A stretch of 64,000 bases of DNA from Phaeosaccion multiseriatum (Eukaryota; Protista; Ochrophyta, other classes): NCBI GenBank assembly GCA_965112735.1, contig OZ218958.1:1674001-1738000 (forward strand), written 5' to 3'. The notes beneath the pieces are model-generated. The model made no database searches, had not been told where the DNA came from, and saw only the letters and a list, made by a program, of their open reading frames with translations. Below, piece by piece: positions 1-11,200 of this stretch. Position 1 is the first letter of the stretch. Every line of letters begins with the position of its first letter. A program made the translations under genes and the position numbers.

Positions 1-643
1 TGGACAGGGTGGGGGTGTACGGATGGAGCTACGGAGGGTACCTCTCCGCCATGTGCATGAGCAAGTGCCCAAGGCTGTTTCAGGTAGGTGGGACCGCACT
101 CTCTCTCTGTCTCTCTGTCTCTGTCTGTCTCTCTGACGCTCTCTGTCTCTCTCTCTGCCGCGTTCTCTCTGTGTCTCTGTGTCCGCACTCTCTTTCTCTC
201 TTTCTCTCTCTGCCTCTCTCTCTCTCTGTGTGTTTCTCTCTGCCCCTCCTTCTCTCTGTTTTCTCTCTTACCTTTCCCTGTGTGTCTCTCTTTCTCTCTG
301 TCAGGTCGGGGTGGCAGGGGCACCGGTGACCTCGTGGGACGGGTACGACACACACTACACAGAGAGGTAAGCCTCAAGAGTAGTCAATAAGTCAGCGAAT
401 GCGTTCGGCGAATGCGTAACGTCAACAACTTGCATCATTGCGTGGCATCACGCATTCACTCATCTTCTTGTTCCCTTCTGTCCTCATGTCATGTTGCGTC
501 AGGTATATGGGCACGCCTGTGGACAACGAAGCTGGCTACTCGGACGCGAGTGTGCTCTCTCACGCACACCGCCTGCAAGGAAGGCTCATGCTCGTGCACG
601 GTAAGTGGGGCAACATCGGACATGCATACCTGCGCTGCCACAC

Positions 644-695
<52 letters not shown>

Positions 696-1126
696 ACACA
701 CACAAACACAGCCACTCACACGCACACACACTCCCTCTCACTCTCTCCCTCTCTCCCACACACACACACATACACACGCAGGCCTCATCGATGAGAATGT
801 GCACTTCCGCCACACGGCCCGCTACATCAACGCGCTCATCTCCGCTCGGAAGCCGTACGACTTGCTGCTGTTCCCCGACGAGAGGCACTCGCCCCGCAAG
901 CTTCAGGACAGAGTGTACATGGAGCAGCGGATAAGCGACTTCTTCGTCAAGGTAAGTAATGTTACGTAATGTATTATGTGTAAGCTAGAGTGCTTGGCTG
1001 ACTCGCTGCCCTTCTCTCTCTCCCTTTCTCTGTCTGTGCCTCCCCTTCTGTCTCTTCCTTTCTCTCCCTCTCACCCTCACCCCCTCCCTCCCTCTTTCTC
1101 TTTCCCTCCCTTTTTCTGCCTCTCCC

Positions 1127-1215
<89 letters not shown>

Positions 1216-1262
1216 CTCAGTATCTGATGACCGAACCTCCCGCGAAGGTCTCACACCTCTGA
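1..1262 (+). CDS. Dipeptidyl peptidase IV-like serine peptidase (S9B, DPP8/9-like), 3' part; exons ~1-83, 305-366, 503-600, 782-951, 1221-1262
   Basis: Spliced translation gives GWSYGG nucleophile motif, [33 protein letters not shown] (Asp) and FPDERH (His). All introns GT-AG and in phase. Ends [13 protein letters not shown]. Confidence 0.93.
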
Positions 1263-1574
1263 CTGCTAAGGAATAGGTGTTGACTGCGAAGGAAGGGGTG
1301 TTGCTGCCTGCCTACCTGGCTGCCTGCCTACCTGGCTGCCTGCCTGCCTGCCTACCTACCTACCTGCCGTGCTTGCTTACTTGATTGCGGAAGGAGGAAC
1401 GATTGATTAGTTATTAGCAAAGGTTGTTACCCTGGGATGAACTTAGTAAAGTACTGACGTAAGGGGGGGGGGCTGCTGAGGCGGCTCCTCTTCGATAGCA
1501 TGCTAAGCTAATCTAATTCAATTTGAGCTTACAATTGGGGGGGCTCGGGCTGATAATCCTGCACACACACGCAG

Positions 1575-3947
1575 CTCGACGCTCTCGGCGAGAAACGACG
1601 CCCCATCGCAGTAAAGGAGACGCTCACCCGCCTCTTTCACTCCACCCACGGCATCCACTACAAGCCCGCCTACCAGGAGGCATTCGAGAGCGTCGGCCAG
1701 CTTGGCGTCGCGACGAAGAACGGCACGGAGAAAGTCGCCAAATCCGCCCAACTGCTCCACGACATGGGCTACTGGGTCGCTACCAGCGACCTCCGCAACG
1801 CCCATAACGAAGTCACAACCGCGGCCACGCTCACGGGAACCGCCCTCGTCGACCCCCGTGGCATCGAGCACAACATCGCCGCCCTTGGGAAGGACCGCGA
1901 CCTCATCTACCTGTCTGACGACGGCAACCAGCTGCTACGCACCAACCGCGGCAGCGGCGGACAAGGCGACCCCGAGGCCAGCAAGAACTTCTGCTGCGCA
2001 CTCTACCCCCTCCAACAGAAGTGGACCAACGAGGCCCGTCAGGAGGGCATCCCCGCACCCCGGGCCTACCAGGGCGACTTCGTCCACCCCTGGCGCGGCA
2101 ACCTCGCCGACTTCGAGCCCACTCTCGACACCTTCACCACCGACCTCGCCTCCATCGGCCTCACCCGCCGCACGGACAAGCAACGATACCTCCCCCCCCC
2201 GGGCCACCACGTCACCATGGAAGAGCGCGCCTTTGTGGACCGCACCGGCGGCACCATCATCGAGGACGGCGGCTTGAGCATTGTCGGCCTCCCAATCGGC
2301 CAAGACGACTTCATCAGAGGTTACCTCTCCCAACTCATGGTGGACGGACCCGACAGACACGCCTTCCTAAACCTCGCCGAGCAGATCGCCCTCATGCAGG
2401 AGACACAACCCGCCCTCCTCCTGCTCACGAAATCACTCTCGCCAAAACTCCAGCACTATCTGCGCGGTGCCGCCCCCGGCCAGACGACCAACACCATTGC
2501 CTCCCCCGGCGACGCCCTCAGCCTCGCCGTCGGAGAGGCCCTACTCCAACTCCCAGGAGCGGACACCATCGGAGACATCATCGCCAGCGCACCCTCGGAC
2601 CGACTGTCGCACCTTCAGCTCGCCTCACACCAGCACCAACAGATGTTCCTTCCCCAGTCCCAAGGAGGTTGGGGCTCCCTCTCCCTCACCAACACCGCCA
2701 TACCAGCCTACCTGGGCGCAGCTGCCGACACCCTCCAGTCAGTGATCACACCGGGAGCCATCTGGCCAGAGGCGGACCTACGCGACCTCGCCCCAGCCCT
2801 CCGCCAGAGTAGCTCCGTCCAACACATCCTCACCACCATCCAGGCCGCCGCCGAAGACGGGACCCTCTCCCGACAAGACCTGGAGATGAATCTCCCCCTC
2901 CCCCTGGTCAGCCTCGCGCTCACCTCAGCAGCGGACCGCCAACGAGCCGAGGACGCCTTCGACACCAGCCTCGCCCAGGGCAACTGGGCCCCGCAGCAGC
3001 AGACGCAGCGCGCCCTGCAGAGATGCCTAGCGCCGCAACGCCGGGACAAGTACCGCGCTTCACTGGACCGACTCCCCGACGACGCTGCTGCTGCCGATAC
3101 CGGCATGGAGTCTCGCCGACAGGCCAAGTCTCGGCACCTGAGCCAGAGCAGCGACGGGGCCATGGGCTTCATCGCCACCTCACCTGGACAGGTCTCCATG
3201 CCGGCCCAAGACATGGTAGGGGCCCTACGACGCTCCCTCGGCATCAACTGCCTGTACAGCCCTGGGGAACCCGACGCACTAGTCTGCACCCGCTGCAACA
3301 CACGCGCCGACTCCTCTCACGCCATCCAGTGCCCCAACCAGAGCACCCTATACCACACCGGGATGCTCTCCTCCGTCGAGGACATGTTCAAGCAGAACTA
3401 CGTCTCCCGCGTCGGACACGAGAGCTCGGAGCTCTTCAACCCCCCGCACAACATCGCCCGGACCTTCCGCATGGACGCCACCCTCCCCCGAGGCGCCCTC
3501 TCCGGAGCCCGCGACCCCACCTTCGCCCACCCGGCGCACATGCTTGACCTAACCCTGAGTAACAACCTCTGCAGGACGGCCTTGAATGTGCTCCGCACGG
3601 ACATTAGACCGGGAGCGGCAGCCGCCAACAGCGAGACCCGCAAGGAGCGACATTACAGGGGCACCTACGACCGAGAGCGTGTTCGCCTCACCACCTTCGC
3701 CATCGAGACCCACGGCCGACTCGGCGCACAGGCGCAATCGCTCCTGCACGCACTCGCCGAGCACGTGGTCACCCGCACTGGCCGCACGGGCTCCTCCACC
3801 ACCAAGGGCCACGTCCTGACACGACTACGCCGCCTCGTCAGCTGCAGCCACCAGATGTGGCTCTCGGAGCGGGAGCGCGCCTTCCTGGGTCGGCTCAACC
3901 GCGGAGCCGGTCCCGCACTCCCCCTCCCCGCCCTAGAGGGGGAGTAA
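1575..3947 (+). CDS. RT-RLE polyprotein fragment, about 790 codons, N-truncated, catalytic YxDD read as YQGD
   Basis: The frame of ORF 1764-3947 stays open back to the TSD. Motifs: RPIAVKE, QLGVATKNGTE, DLRNAHNEV, QGDP, AYQGD, LPQSQGGWG (thumb), CTRC-x7-H-x3-C, RMD...LDLT...ETRKERHY...FAIETHGRLG (RLE). Confidence 0.88.
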   Translation, partial: LDALGEKRRPIAVKETLTRLFHSTHGIHYKPAYQEAFESVGQLGVATKNGTEKVAKSAQLLHDMGYWVATSDLRNAHNEVTTAATLTGTALVDPRGIEHNIAALGKDRDLIYLSDDGNQLLRTNRGSGGQGDPEASKNFCCALYPLQQKWTNEARQEGIPAPRAYQGDFVHPWRGNLADFEPTLDTFTTDLASIGLTRRTDKQRYLPPPGHHVTMEERAFVDRTGGTIIEDGGLSIVGLPIGQDDFIRGYLSQLMVDGPDRHAFLNLAEQIALMQETQPALLLLTKSLSPKLQHYLRGAAPGQTTNTIASPGDALSLAVGEALLQLPGADTIGDIIASAPSDRLSHLQLASHQHQQMFLPQSQGGWGSLSLTNTAIPAYLGAAADTLQSVITPGAIWPEADLRDLAPALRQSSSVQHILTTIQAAAEDGTLSRQDLEMNLPLPLVSLALTSAADRQRAEDAFDTSLAQGNWAPQQQTQRALQRCLAPQRRDKYRASLDRLPDDAAAADTGMESRRQAKSRHLSQSSDGAMGFIATSPGQVSMPAQDMVGALRRSLGINCLYSPGEPDALVCTRCNTRADSSHAIQCPNQSTLYHTGMLSSVEDMFKQNYVSRVGHESSELFNPPHNIARTFRMDATLPRGALSGARDPTFAHPAHMLDLTLSNNLCRTALNVLRTDIRPGAAAANSETRKERHYRGTYDRERVRLTTFAIETHGRLGAQAQSLLHALAEHVVTRTGRTGSSTTKGHVLTRLRRLVSCSHQMWLSERERAFLGRLNRGAGPALPLPALEGE

Positions 3948-3982
3948 CCGGCCCCTCGCGGGCCCCGGAGACACAGCGACAC

Positions 3983-4028
<46 letters not shown>

Positions 4029-4075
4029 TCACACTTTCAGTTTCTTAGGTGATTCCTATTAAGTCAATAAAGGCC
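1575..4075 (+). mobile_element. 5'-truncated non-LTR retrotransposon, CRE-like clade (RT + CCHC finger + restriction-like endonuclease), flanked by 14-bp TSD GCACACACACGCAG
   Basis: Identical 14-mer at 1561-1574 and 4076-4089. One intron-free, C-rich reading frame begins abruptly inside RT (KRRPIAVKE) with no start codon. The 3' UTR holds (CA)n and a terminal motif. Confidence 0.9.
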
Positions 4076-4276
4076 GCACACACACGCAGGTGCTCACAAA
4101 TCAAACATATCACCAACAAGCTTTCCTATTTTTTATTTCCCCCTGATTTCCCCCCCCCGCCGCCTCCTCTCTCTCTCTCTCTCTCTCTCTCCCTCCAGTC
4201 CTTTCCATACCCTCGCGGATACAGAGCTCGGGAGGGAGACAAAACAAATTCGGGATCAATCTTTCCCTCCGCCTCC

Positions 4277-4838
4277 ATGAAGCGCTGGCTGCAGGGGGGA
4301 TCGTCTGCCTCTGAAGGCAGCGATTCGTCTTCGGAAAGACCTGCGAAGCGCGGGAGGGACGAAGGCAGCAGCAGTAGCGGCAGCAAGATGCCAGTCAATT
4401 TCTTCTCTTTCAATGTCAACAGCCTGAATGCACGCTGCAAGAACGGCGACGGCCGGAACATTGCGAAGACCATCCTCGAGAATGAGTACGATATTGTCCA
4501 ACTGCAAGAGGTGTGTGGAGGAAGAACGGCTGTGGATGCTGGATGTGCAGGGGTCTTGCCATTGGTCTGACGGATTGGCTGTGCATCTGGCTGTGTTTTT
4601 TGCAGGTCAAGCTCAAGTCTGAAAGGGATGGTGCGCGCGGGGTGGTGTGCGAGAAGCACAAAACTGCCGTGAGCGTGTTCGTCGCCAGCCTAAAGCCGCA
4701 TTATCGCCTATACTGGTCCCTGTGCCACGACAAAGGATACGCAGGTGGGAGAGTCGTAGCTACATGTACTCTGTTGGCAATGCTCACAGGCAGACGGTCA
4801 GGCGCAAGAGCACGTTAGCTGGGCTTGAGAACAACTTC

Positions 4839-4900
<62 letters not shown>

Positions 4901-7087
4901 GTCTCTCTCTCTCTCCCTCTCTCTCTCTCTCGCTCCCCCTCTCGCTCCCCCCCCCCTCCCCCCTCTCTCACACACACACTCGTCACTAGCGCTCACTCTG
5001 TCTCTCCCCACCGCCCGTCCCATCTCCGACGAAAAGGCACACTGACCTTGCTGCATAGAAGCCTCGGGCCAGTAGCGGTGCGCCACTGCCTCGACGAAGA
5101 AGAAGAAGAACAACAAGATGGCGTCAAAGCCAAAGTACACGACCACGAAGGGCGCATCACGGTTATTACCACAGAGCGGCTCACGGTGCTGTTGACGTAC
5201 GCCCCCAACAGTGGCATGGATGACCAAAAGGGGCTGGAGCGGAGGGCAGCGTGGGATGCCAAAATGAAGGACTTTGCGCAGAGGCTGCACGCGAAGGGTA
5301 TGCCCCTCGTCTGGGGCGGAGACCTCAACGTCGCCCCGCACAACGTGGATATGAGTCACGTGGCCTTCTTTAAGAAAAAGAATCAGCCGGTGAGGCAGAG
5401 GGGAGCGAGCGGAGGGAGGGAGTGAGGAGGGGTACAAAGAGTTGATTCGTAGGGGCGCGTGGCAAGGGCATGGCAGCGGTGCTTCTTCTGTTCTGCTCGC
5501 GTAGGGAGCGTGTGTGGAGTGTGTGGAGCGAGAGTCGTGACAGCTGAAGCAAGGAGGCCGAGTGGGAGGCAGAGAGGGAGTGAGGCTGGCATGGCATGGT
5601 ATACGAGTTTGCAGCGGAGACACACACGCCTGCCCTGCCCGCCCTCGCGTCTTACGCTTGGCTGCTTGCCCCAAACTACCCCCCCCCCTTCGCCTCCTCC
5701 TCCTCCTCCTCCTCCTCCTCCTCCTCCTCCTCCTCCTCCTCCTCCTCCTCCTCCTCCTCCTCCTCCTCCTCCTCCTCCTCCTCCTCCTCCTCCTCCTCCT
5801 CCTCCTCCTCCTCCTCCTCCTTCTCTTCCTCCTCCTCCTCCTCCTCCTCCTCCTCCTCCTCCTTGTCCTTGCGTTCACTGACTTAGGGGTGCACCGATCT
5901 AGAGCAGACAAGCCTCCTCGACATTATGAAGCACGGTAAGTAAGCTGCAGATGGCAGCCCATGTATGTAGGGCATGCTGCAGATGGCAGTCCATGTAAGA
6001 GCATGCGACGAGAAGTGAGCAGGCCTGCAATCCTCCCTCTCTCTCTCTCTTTTGTGCTGCCCCACCACTCAAGGTGCATCTCTCAAGCATTCCTAATTTA
6101 AGTGACTTCCTTCGAAGTACTTCATAGTATGAGTTTTGCTTCTTCCTCCCCTGGGCCGACACTCGCCTTCTCTCAATGCCAGTGAAATTGAAGGGCGGAG
6201 GAGACTCTCCTCGTTAATCCTTGTTACTCCTCGTTAATCTTTTGTCTTGTACTTAGTACATCACAGGGGTACTGCGGCGTGGCATGGGATGGGGTGGTAA
6301 TGGGTCGCTGTTCGTATTATTCCTTTTCTTTTTCTCATCCACTCGCCCTGTGCATCCCTGCCTCCACGTTCTTTGCCATCATCATCGTCATCAGGTCACT
6401 TGGTGGATGCTTATCGCTTTCTTCACCCCACCGACCACTCCGACTCGGCGCCGAGTGACACCCCGGGGCACACGTGGAGAGGAAACGACAAGGGAATGTA
6501 CAGAAACATGACCATGAGGATTGATTTGTTCCTTGTTAGCGAATCCCTCAAGGACCAAGTGAGTGGTCCCAGGCAGATGGAGAGACGGCTTGTGCCTTGC
6601 TTTGCTTTGGTGCCAGCGGGCGTTCACCCCACCCCCTCCCCCTCCCCCTCTCCTTTTCCAATCACCGCTTTAGTCTTACTTTGTGCCTTTCGCATCAGTC
6701 GCTGCCTCCTTGGCTGAGCGAACGCTTTCTTTCATGCTTTCGTTTGGTCCCGTTCTTGTCTCCTATATTGCAGCTGCTGGAGTGCGACACGGAGGGGCCC
6801 AGCCACTGGGCCCACTTCATGGGCAGGTGAGTCAAGCACTTGGGCATATCGAGCACCGGATGTTTGATGTGTGATGTGTGTGGGTCCGATTAAATCAACC
6901 AGTCGACTCAGTCAGTCAGTCAGTCAGTCAGTCAGTCAGTCCAACTCAACCCCCCCGTGCCTTTGCCTTGGTTGTCCCCACGAGCAGCGACCACTGCCCT
7001 TTGCGGCTGAAGCTGAAGCCGTTTCCTCCCGTGGCTTCTACCGCTTCCCGAGAGGCTGGAATGGAGCACGCGGAAGGCGAGAAGTAA
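4277..7087 (+). CDS. AP endonuclease / exodeoxyribonuclease III family (EEP), 7 exons
   Basis: SFNVNSL, DIVQLQEVK, KGYAG, DHEGR, TYAPNSG, WGGDLNVAP, LVDAYRFLHP, HTW, RIDLFLVS and SDHCP motifs join across GT-AG introns. Confidence 0.92.
5693..5862. repeat. (CCT)n microsatellite, intronic; a similar (GGA)n tract lies at 17575-17790
   Basis: Read directly. Confidence 0.95.
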
Positions 7088-7141
7088 TGATGCGCCGCCG
7101 GGAAGTCATCGTGTTGGGGTGGGGGAGAGGTTTATATATTA

Positions 7142-7168
7142 CACCCTTAAGTGCCATCTATGGTTGTC
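7142..7168 (+). promoter_or_regulatory. Candidate upstream motif CACCCTTAAGTGCCATCTATGRTTGTC (copy 1)
   Basis: 26/27 identical to 48421-48447. The core is also present reversed at 23333-23349. Confidence 0.45.
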
Positions 7169-7311
7169 TAAAAGTGTTGGGGGAGGGGGGGAGGAGACCC
7201 AAGCAAGGCAAGGCAAGGGCGAATACGAATTTATGTTGGCGCTCCAGAGTCACAGCTGGTTGCTCGCGCCAAAGAAAATAAAATGAAAAAAACAAAAAAC
7301 TGAGAAGGGCG

Positions 7312-8217
7312 ATGAAAGAAGAGGTTTACGCCCGATGTGTGGAGCTGTGCAACAAGAGTGTGGCGAAGCAGTTCGAGCTGACCCCTCGGCATGCACAGAC
7401 GCTGGGAGTGAGCATGGACTCGCTGTGCAGCCTACGCGGACAAGCCTTTGTGAGGCACATCCGGAGGACAGATCACATACACAAGCAGAGGAGGCGGTCC
7501 TACGTGTGAGTATGCGGATGGACCGGTGGAGGGGTTTGTGTTGCTGCTTCTTCTTTTAGAGCAGAGAGGCCGTTTATAGCGGATGACGTCCGCCTCCCCT
7601 GACGGAAGCAAGACAAATCCCCACCCCCCTCTTCTTCGTGCCCAGGAAGAAGTACATGGAGGGCATGAATATCGTGGACATTGCTCGGCAGCCTGAGGTT
7701 TGCTACTCCCCCTACCTCCTGGCGAGAATGCTGGTGGAGGATCTATGCCTTGCACCAGCTGCTGCTGCTGCTGCTAGTGCTGCCGCCACCGCCAGTAGCA
7801 CTGACCGAGTTGATGGGGCGAGAGGGCCCCAATACCAGAAGCCCCTTTCAGTGACTGCCTACATGCGAGACCCAAGCCTTATCTCAGACGAGCGCCTACA
7901 AGCCCAAGTGCGAGAGGTTGGTGCCACACTGATCTCTCTCTATCTCAGTGTGTGCTCATGTCTGCCCGTCTACCTCTCTCCCTCTCTCTGTGTTTTGTTC
8001 TGCCTGTCTCCCTCCCTCTCTGTGTTTCTTTCCCTCTGTCGCTTTCTCTCTCTCGGGGTGCGTGTTTTTTTCTTCCTCTCTCTCTTTGCGCCTGTCCCTC
8101 CCTCCCTCCCTCCCTCCTTCCATCCATCCCTTTCTCCCTGCCGCCCTCTCTCTCCCTCTCTCTCTTCTGTTCTCTATGTCTCCCCTCTCTCTCCCTCCGT
8201 TCCTCTCTCTCCCTCTC

Positions 8218-8251
<34 letters not shown>

Positions 8252-9857
8252 GGTTTGTGTCGATGCCCATCAGTCTCCCCCTCTCTTTCTTTCTAGCGCC
8301 GCCCGCGCCCCTGCTTTTCTAAAGCCCCTTTTACCTTGGTGTTCACTCACTCCTTGCTGAATCGTATTCCACTCTCCGTTCACTCTCTCATTCATCTCCC
8401 CCTCACCCCCCCCCCCCCATTCATTTACCACCACCACGCAATCACAGGTGGTAGAGAGCGACAAGGACTATTCCGTGTATGTGGACCGCGTCAAGCACGC
8501 CGTGGGCTTGGAGTATGAATACATTCTGCAGCGCAAGCTGAGGGCCAGGTAGGTGCGCGAGGGGGGGGGGGCGAGGGGAGGGAGAGCCATGTTGACGTAT
8601 GGGCAAGCATATGGGCAAGCATGTGGGCAAGCATATGGACAAGCATATGGATTAGCACACAGGCAGCCACGAGAAAGGCAGCGGGCTGAGAAGGAAGATG
8701 AAAGCATCCGCCTCGGGCTATTTAGCACCCCTTGTTCTGCCTTTGTTGTCCTGTCTCTTCTCACAACTCTTCCAGTGACTCTCGTCCTCCCATTCACTCT
8801 CGTCGTTTAATCCTTTTATCCTTTTGATCCACTGCTGATGCATCAGGGGAATCGCCTTCGAGGCAGAGGCGGCCCTCCGCACCAAGGGCGCGTATAAGAC
8901 TCCGGACGTGCGTCTGCTCGTGCCGGTGGCCGTCCAGATCGGAGGAGGAGGAGGAGGTGGTGGTGGTGGTGGAGGAGGAGGAGCAAGGAGGGGAGGAGGA
9001 GGAGGAGGAGGAGGAGGAGGAGGAGGAGGAGGAGGAGGAGGAGGAGGAGGAGGAGAAGGACGAGGAGGAGGAGGAAGAGGAGGAGGAGAAGGAGGAGGAG
9101 GGGGGGCTCCGGCTGGAATGAAATCATCGCTACCTTCAGGCGCGCCTCTTCCTGCTGCTGCTGCTGCTGCTGCCCAGCGCTGGCATGTGGTGAATTGGAT
9201 CGACAGCAAAGCCATGTTCGGAGACAGACACTCGTTCGAGCAGCATGTCGAGCAGGTAAGGCAGGACATCGGTCCTCCGTCGTGTGGATGAGGGAGGGAG
9301 GGAGGGAGGGAGGGAGGGAGGGGTCTTTTACACAGACAGGACGTGTGTGGTATGTGTAAGTAAGCCTGTCATTGAGCTCGGTCGTCGACATCTGTCTTCC
9401 TCCTTCTCCCTTGCAGTATTCCTACCCTCCCATCGCCACTCTATACCTGACCGTTCCTTGTGCTCCCCCCTGGGGCGCTGCTCATCCCACCCCCTCTTTG
9501 TGGTGTCTTCTGCTACTGCTGCTCGACGCGGTCATGTCGCACGATGATACATGCATCACTCAGCTCGTGGGCTACGTCAATCGGCACGGGCCAGGTATGG
9601 TGATCTACTGGTTTGACTTTGTCGAGTCTATCAACGACCGAAACTATAAACACCACCACCAAGACATTCTGGCCGTGAGTGCCTTTCCCGATCACATTGT
9701 TCTCCCCGGAGAGTGGGGGTCTGACGACGGTTACGACGACGACAACGACGACGAAGAGGGTGACAGTTACGACAGTTACGGGAGTTCTGGTGGCCGTGCT
9801 GCTCAGGGTGGCATCAGTGCTGCAGCTTGCCAAGACGTCCCCCCTCCCCCAGGGTAG
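7312..9857 (+). CDS. CDIN1: CDAN1-interacting nuclease 1 (C15orf41 family), multi-exon
   Basis: SPYLLAR, GLEYEYIL, KTPDVRLLVPVAV, WIDSKAMFG and YVNRHGPGMVIYWFDF motifs. Contains a poly-Gly insertion from (GGA)n. Confidence 0.87.
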
Positions 9858-10949
9858 TGAAGATGGATGACAGCCTCAAGGTACCAACAAGCAGGAACTA
9901 GTACGAGAGATTCCTAGAAGGGCAGCTTGGGAGCCTCTATGAGGCATCTGCTCTCAACAGTCATGAGGTCCGGCACGATCACACGGCCTGCGGAGACCCC
10001 TGGCAGTTCAGCGGCCAATACCTGTAGGGGACTCAGTGTGTAGTACGTGGCGGGTCTTGGAAGCCACTTTGATCTTACGGTGGCACTGTGTCACAGGGCT
10101 GCTTCGGCCAGACGCCCTTGAACAGGCCAGGGTGGGAAGTGGAGCCTTTCCCCTTCCTCCCCCAGTGACAATAACCATCCTGGGAGGTACTGCATTGGAA
10201 GAGATTGTGACCCAGGTGGCGCTGGTGATTTGGGAGAGAAGAGGGTCACTACTCTCCAGCTTCCCGCGGGAAAGACTTGCTCCCACTGCCTGCTTCATTC
10301 AAGCCGATTGTAAGTGCGCGACACCCATGGAGAGAGACTATCTCTCTATCTAGCCCCCGCCGTGCAGCTACACGTAGGCAGTGCCTCTCCGCGTCGTGCT
10401 GCTACTGTCCTCACGTCCTTCCTCACTCCTCTTTCTTTCCATCTTTTGCTTTCAGATGTGACTGCCAACAGGAGCTTTGAGCCTGGCTACTAGGACTTCA
10501 TCAGCAACAACCCCAGCCAGCTCCTGCCTGTGGAGCATCAAGATGTGAGTGGTGGTACTGGTGCGTGTGGGTGGCAAGCGGCAGGTAACCAGCGCCGCTG
10601 CGCGGGTGTTCTTGTTCTTGCTTCGTTCTTGTCTCCTGGCGGCCCCTCCCTTTCTTCTTCTGCTGCCCGTGATGCACCCCCTGCCCTGTTTGCTCCCCCC
10701 GCCCCTCGGATCCTCAGACGCAAACCTCAGTCCATGCTCCCAGCCAAGTCCCTACTGCGGAACACTTGTGGAACACTTGTGGAACACTTGTGGAACTGTG
10801 GTGGCGTTTCCATTATCGAAGGAGGGCATCCACACCTCTTACTGTGGCACCTCGCTCCCACTATGGAACCTCCCACACACCAGCCCGCCCATCCATCCAT
10901 CCCACTTCCATCTTCTTCACACTTCTATATTACTGCTGATGGAAGAAGC

Positions 10950-11200
10950 AAAAGGGTACTACTTGGAGCATACGGCCATCATGCAGAACCAAGGGCACCC
11001 CGTTGTCTACGAGCATGGAGTGGCGCTGCTAGCATGCCCCCCCCCCCCCCCGGGAACCTGGTACTGTACGACGACGACAGGAACGTCCACTGGGCTGCTC
11101 ACGACTACATGGCGCCTGAAGATCGCCCCACTCGACTCCACCTGCACGACAATGGCAACCTCAAGACCTACGATGCCAAGGACAATACACGCGTTGGTGG
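10950..11200 (+). pseudogene. Bulb-type (B-lectin, QxDxNxVxY-like) domain remnant, frameshifted at a poly-C run
   Basis: IMQNQGHPVVY lies in one frame; GNLVLYD..VHWA and LHLHDNGNLKTYD lie in another, separated by the C run at about 11036-11050. Upstream sequence looks like degraded coding DNA with stops. Confidence 0.5.

Noticed and set aside
1702-3547. Overlapping alternative-frame ORFs in the retroelement
   Set aside because: These are shadows of GC-rich codon bias with no motifs.
4021-4075. Spliced-leader or snRNA gene as the CRE target
   Set aside because: No recognisable SL or Sm-site structure, and the TSD places this sequence inside the element.
4277-7087. AP endonuclease as part of the adjacent retrotransposon
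   Set aside because: It lies outside the TSD, is intron-rich and resembles cellular ExoIII. The element already has an RLE.
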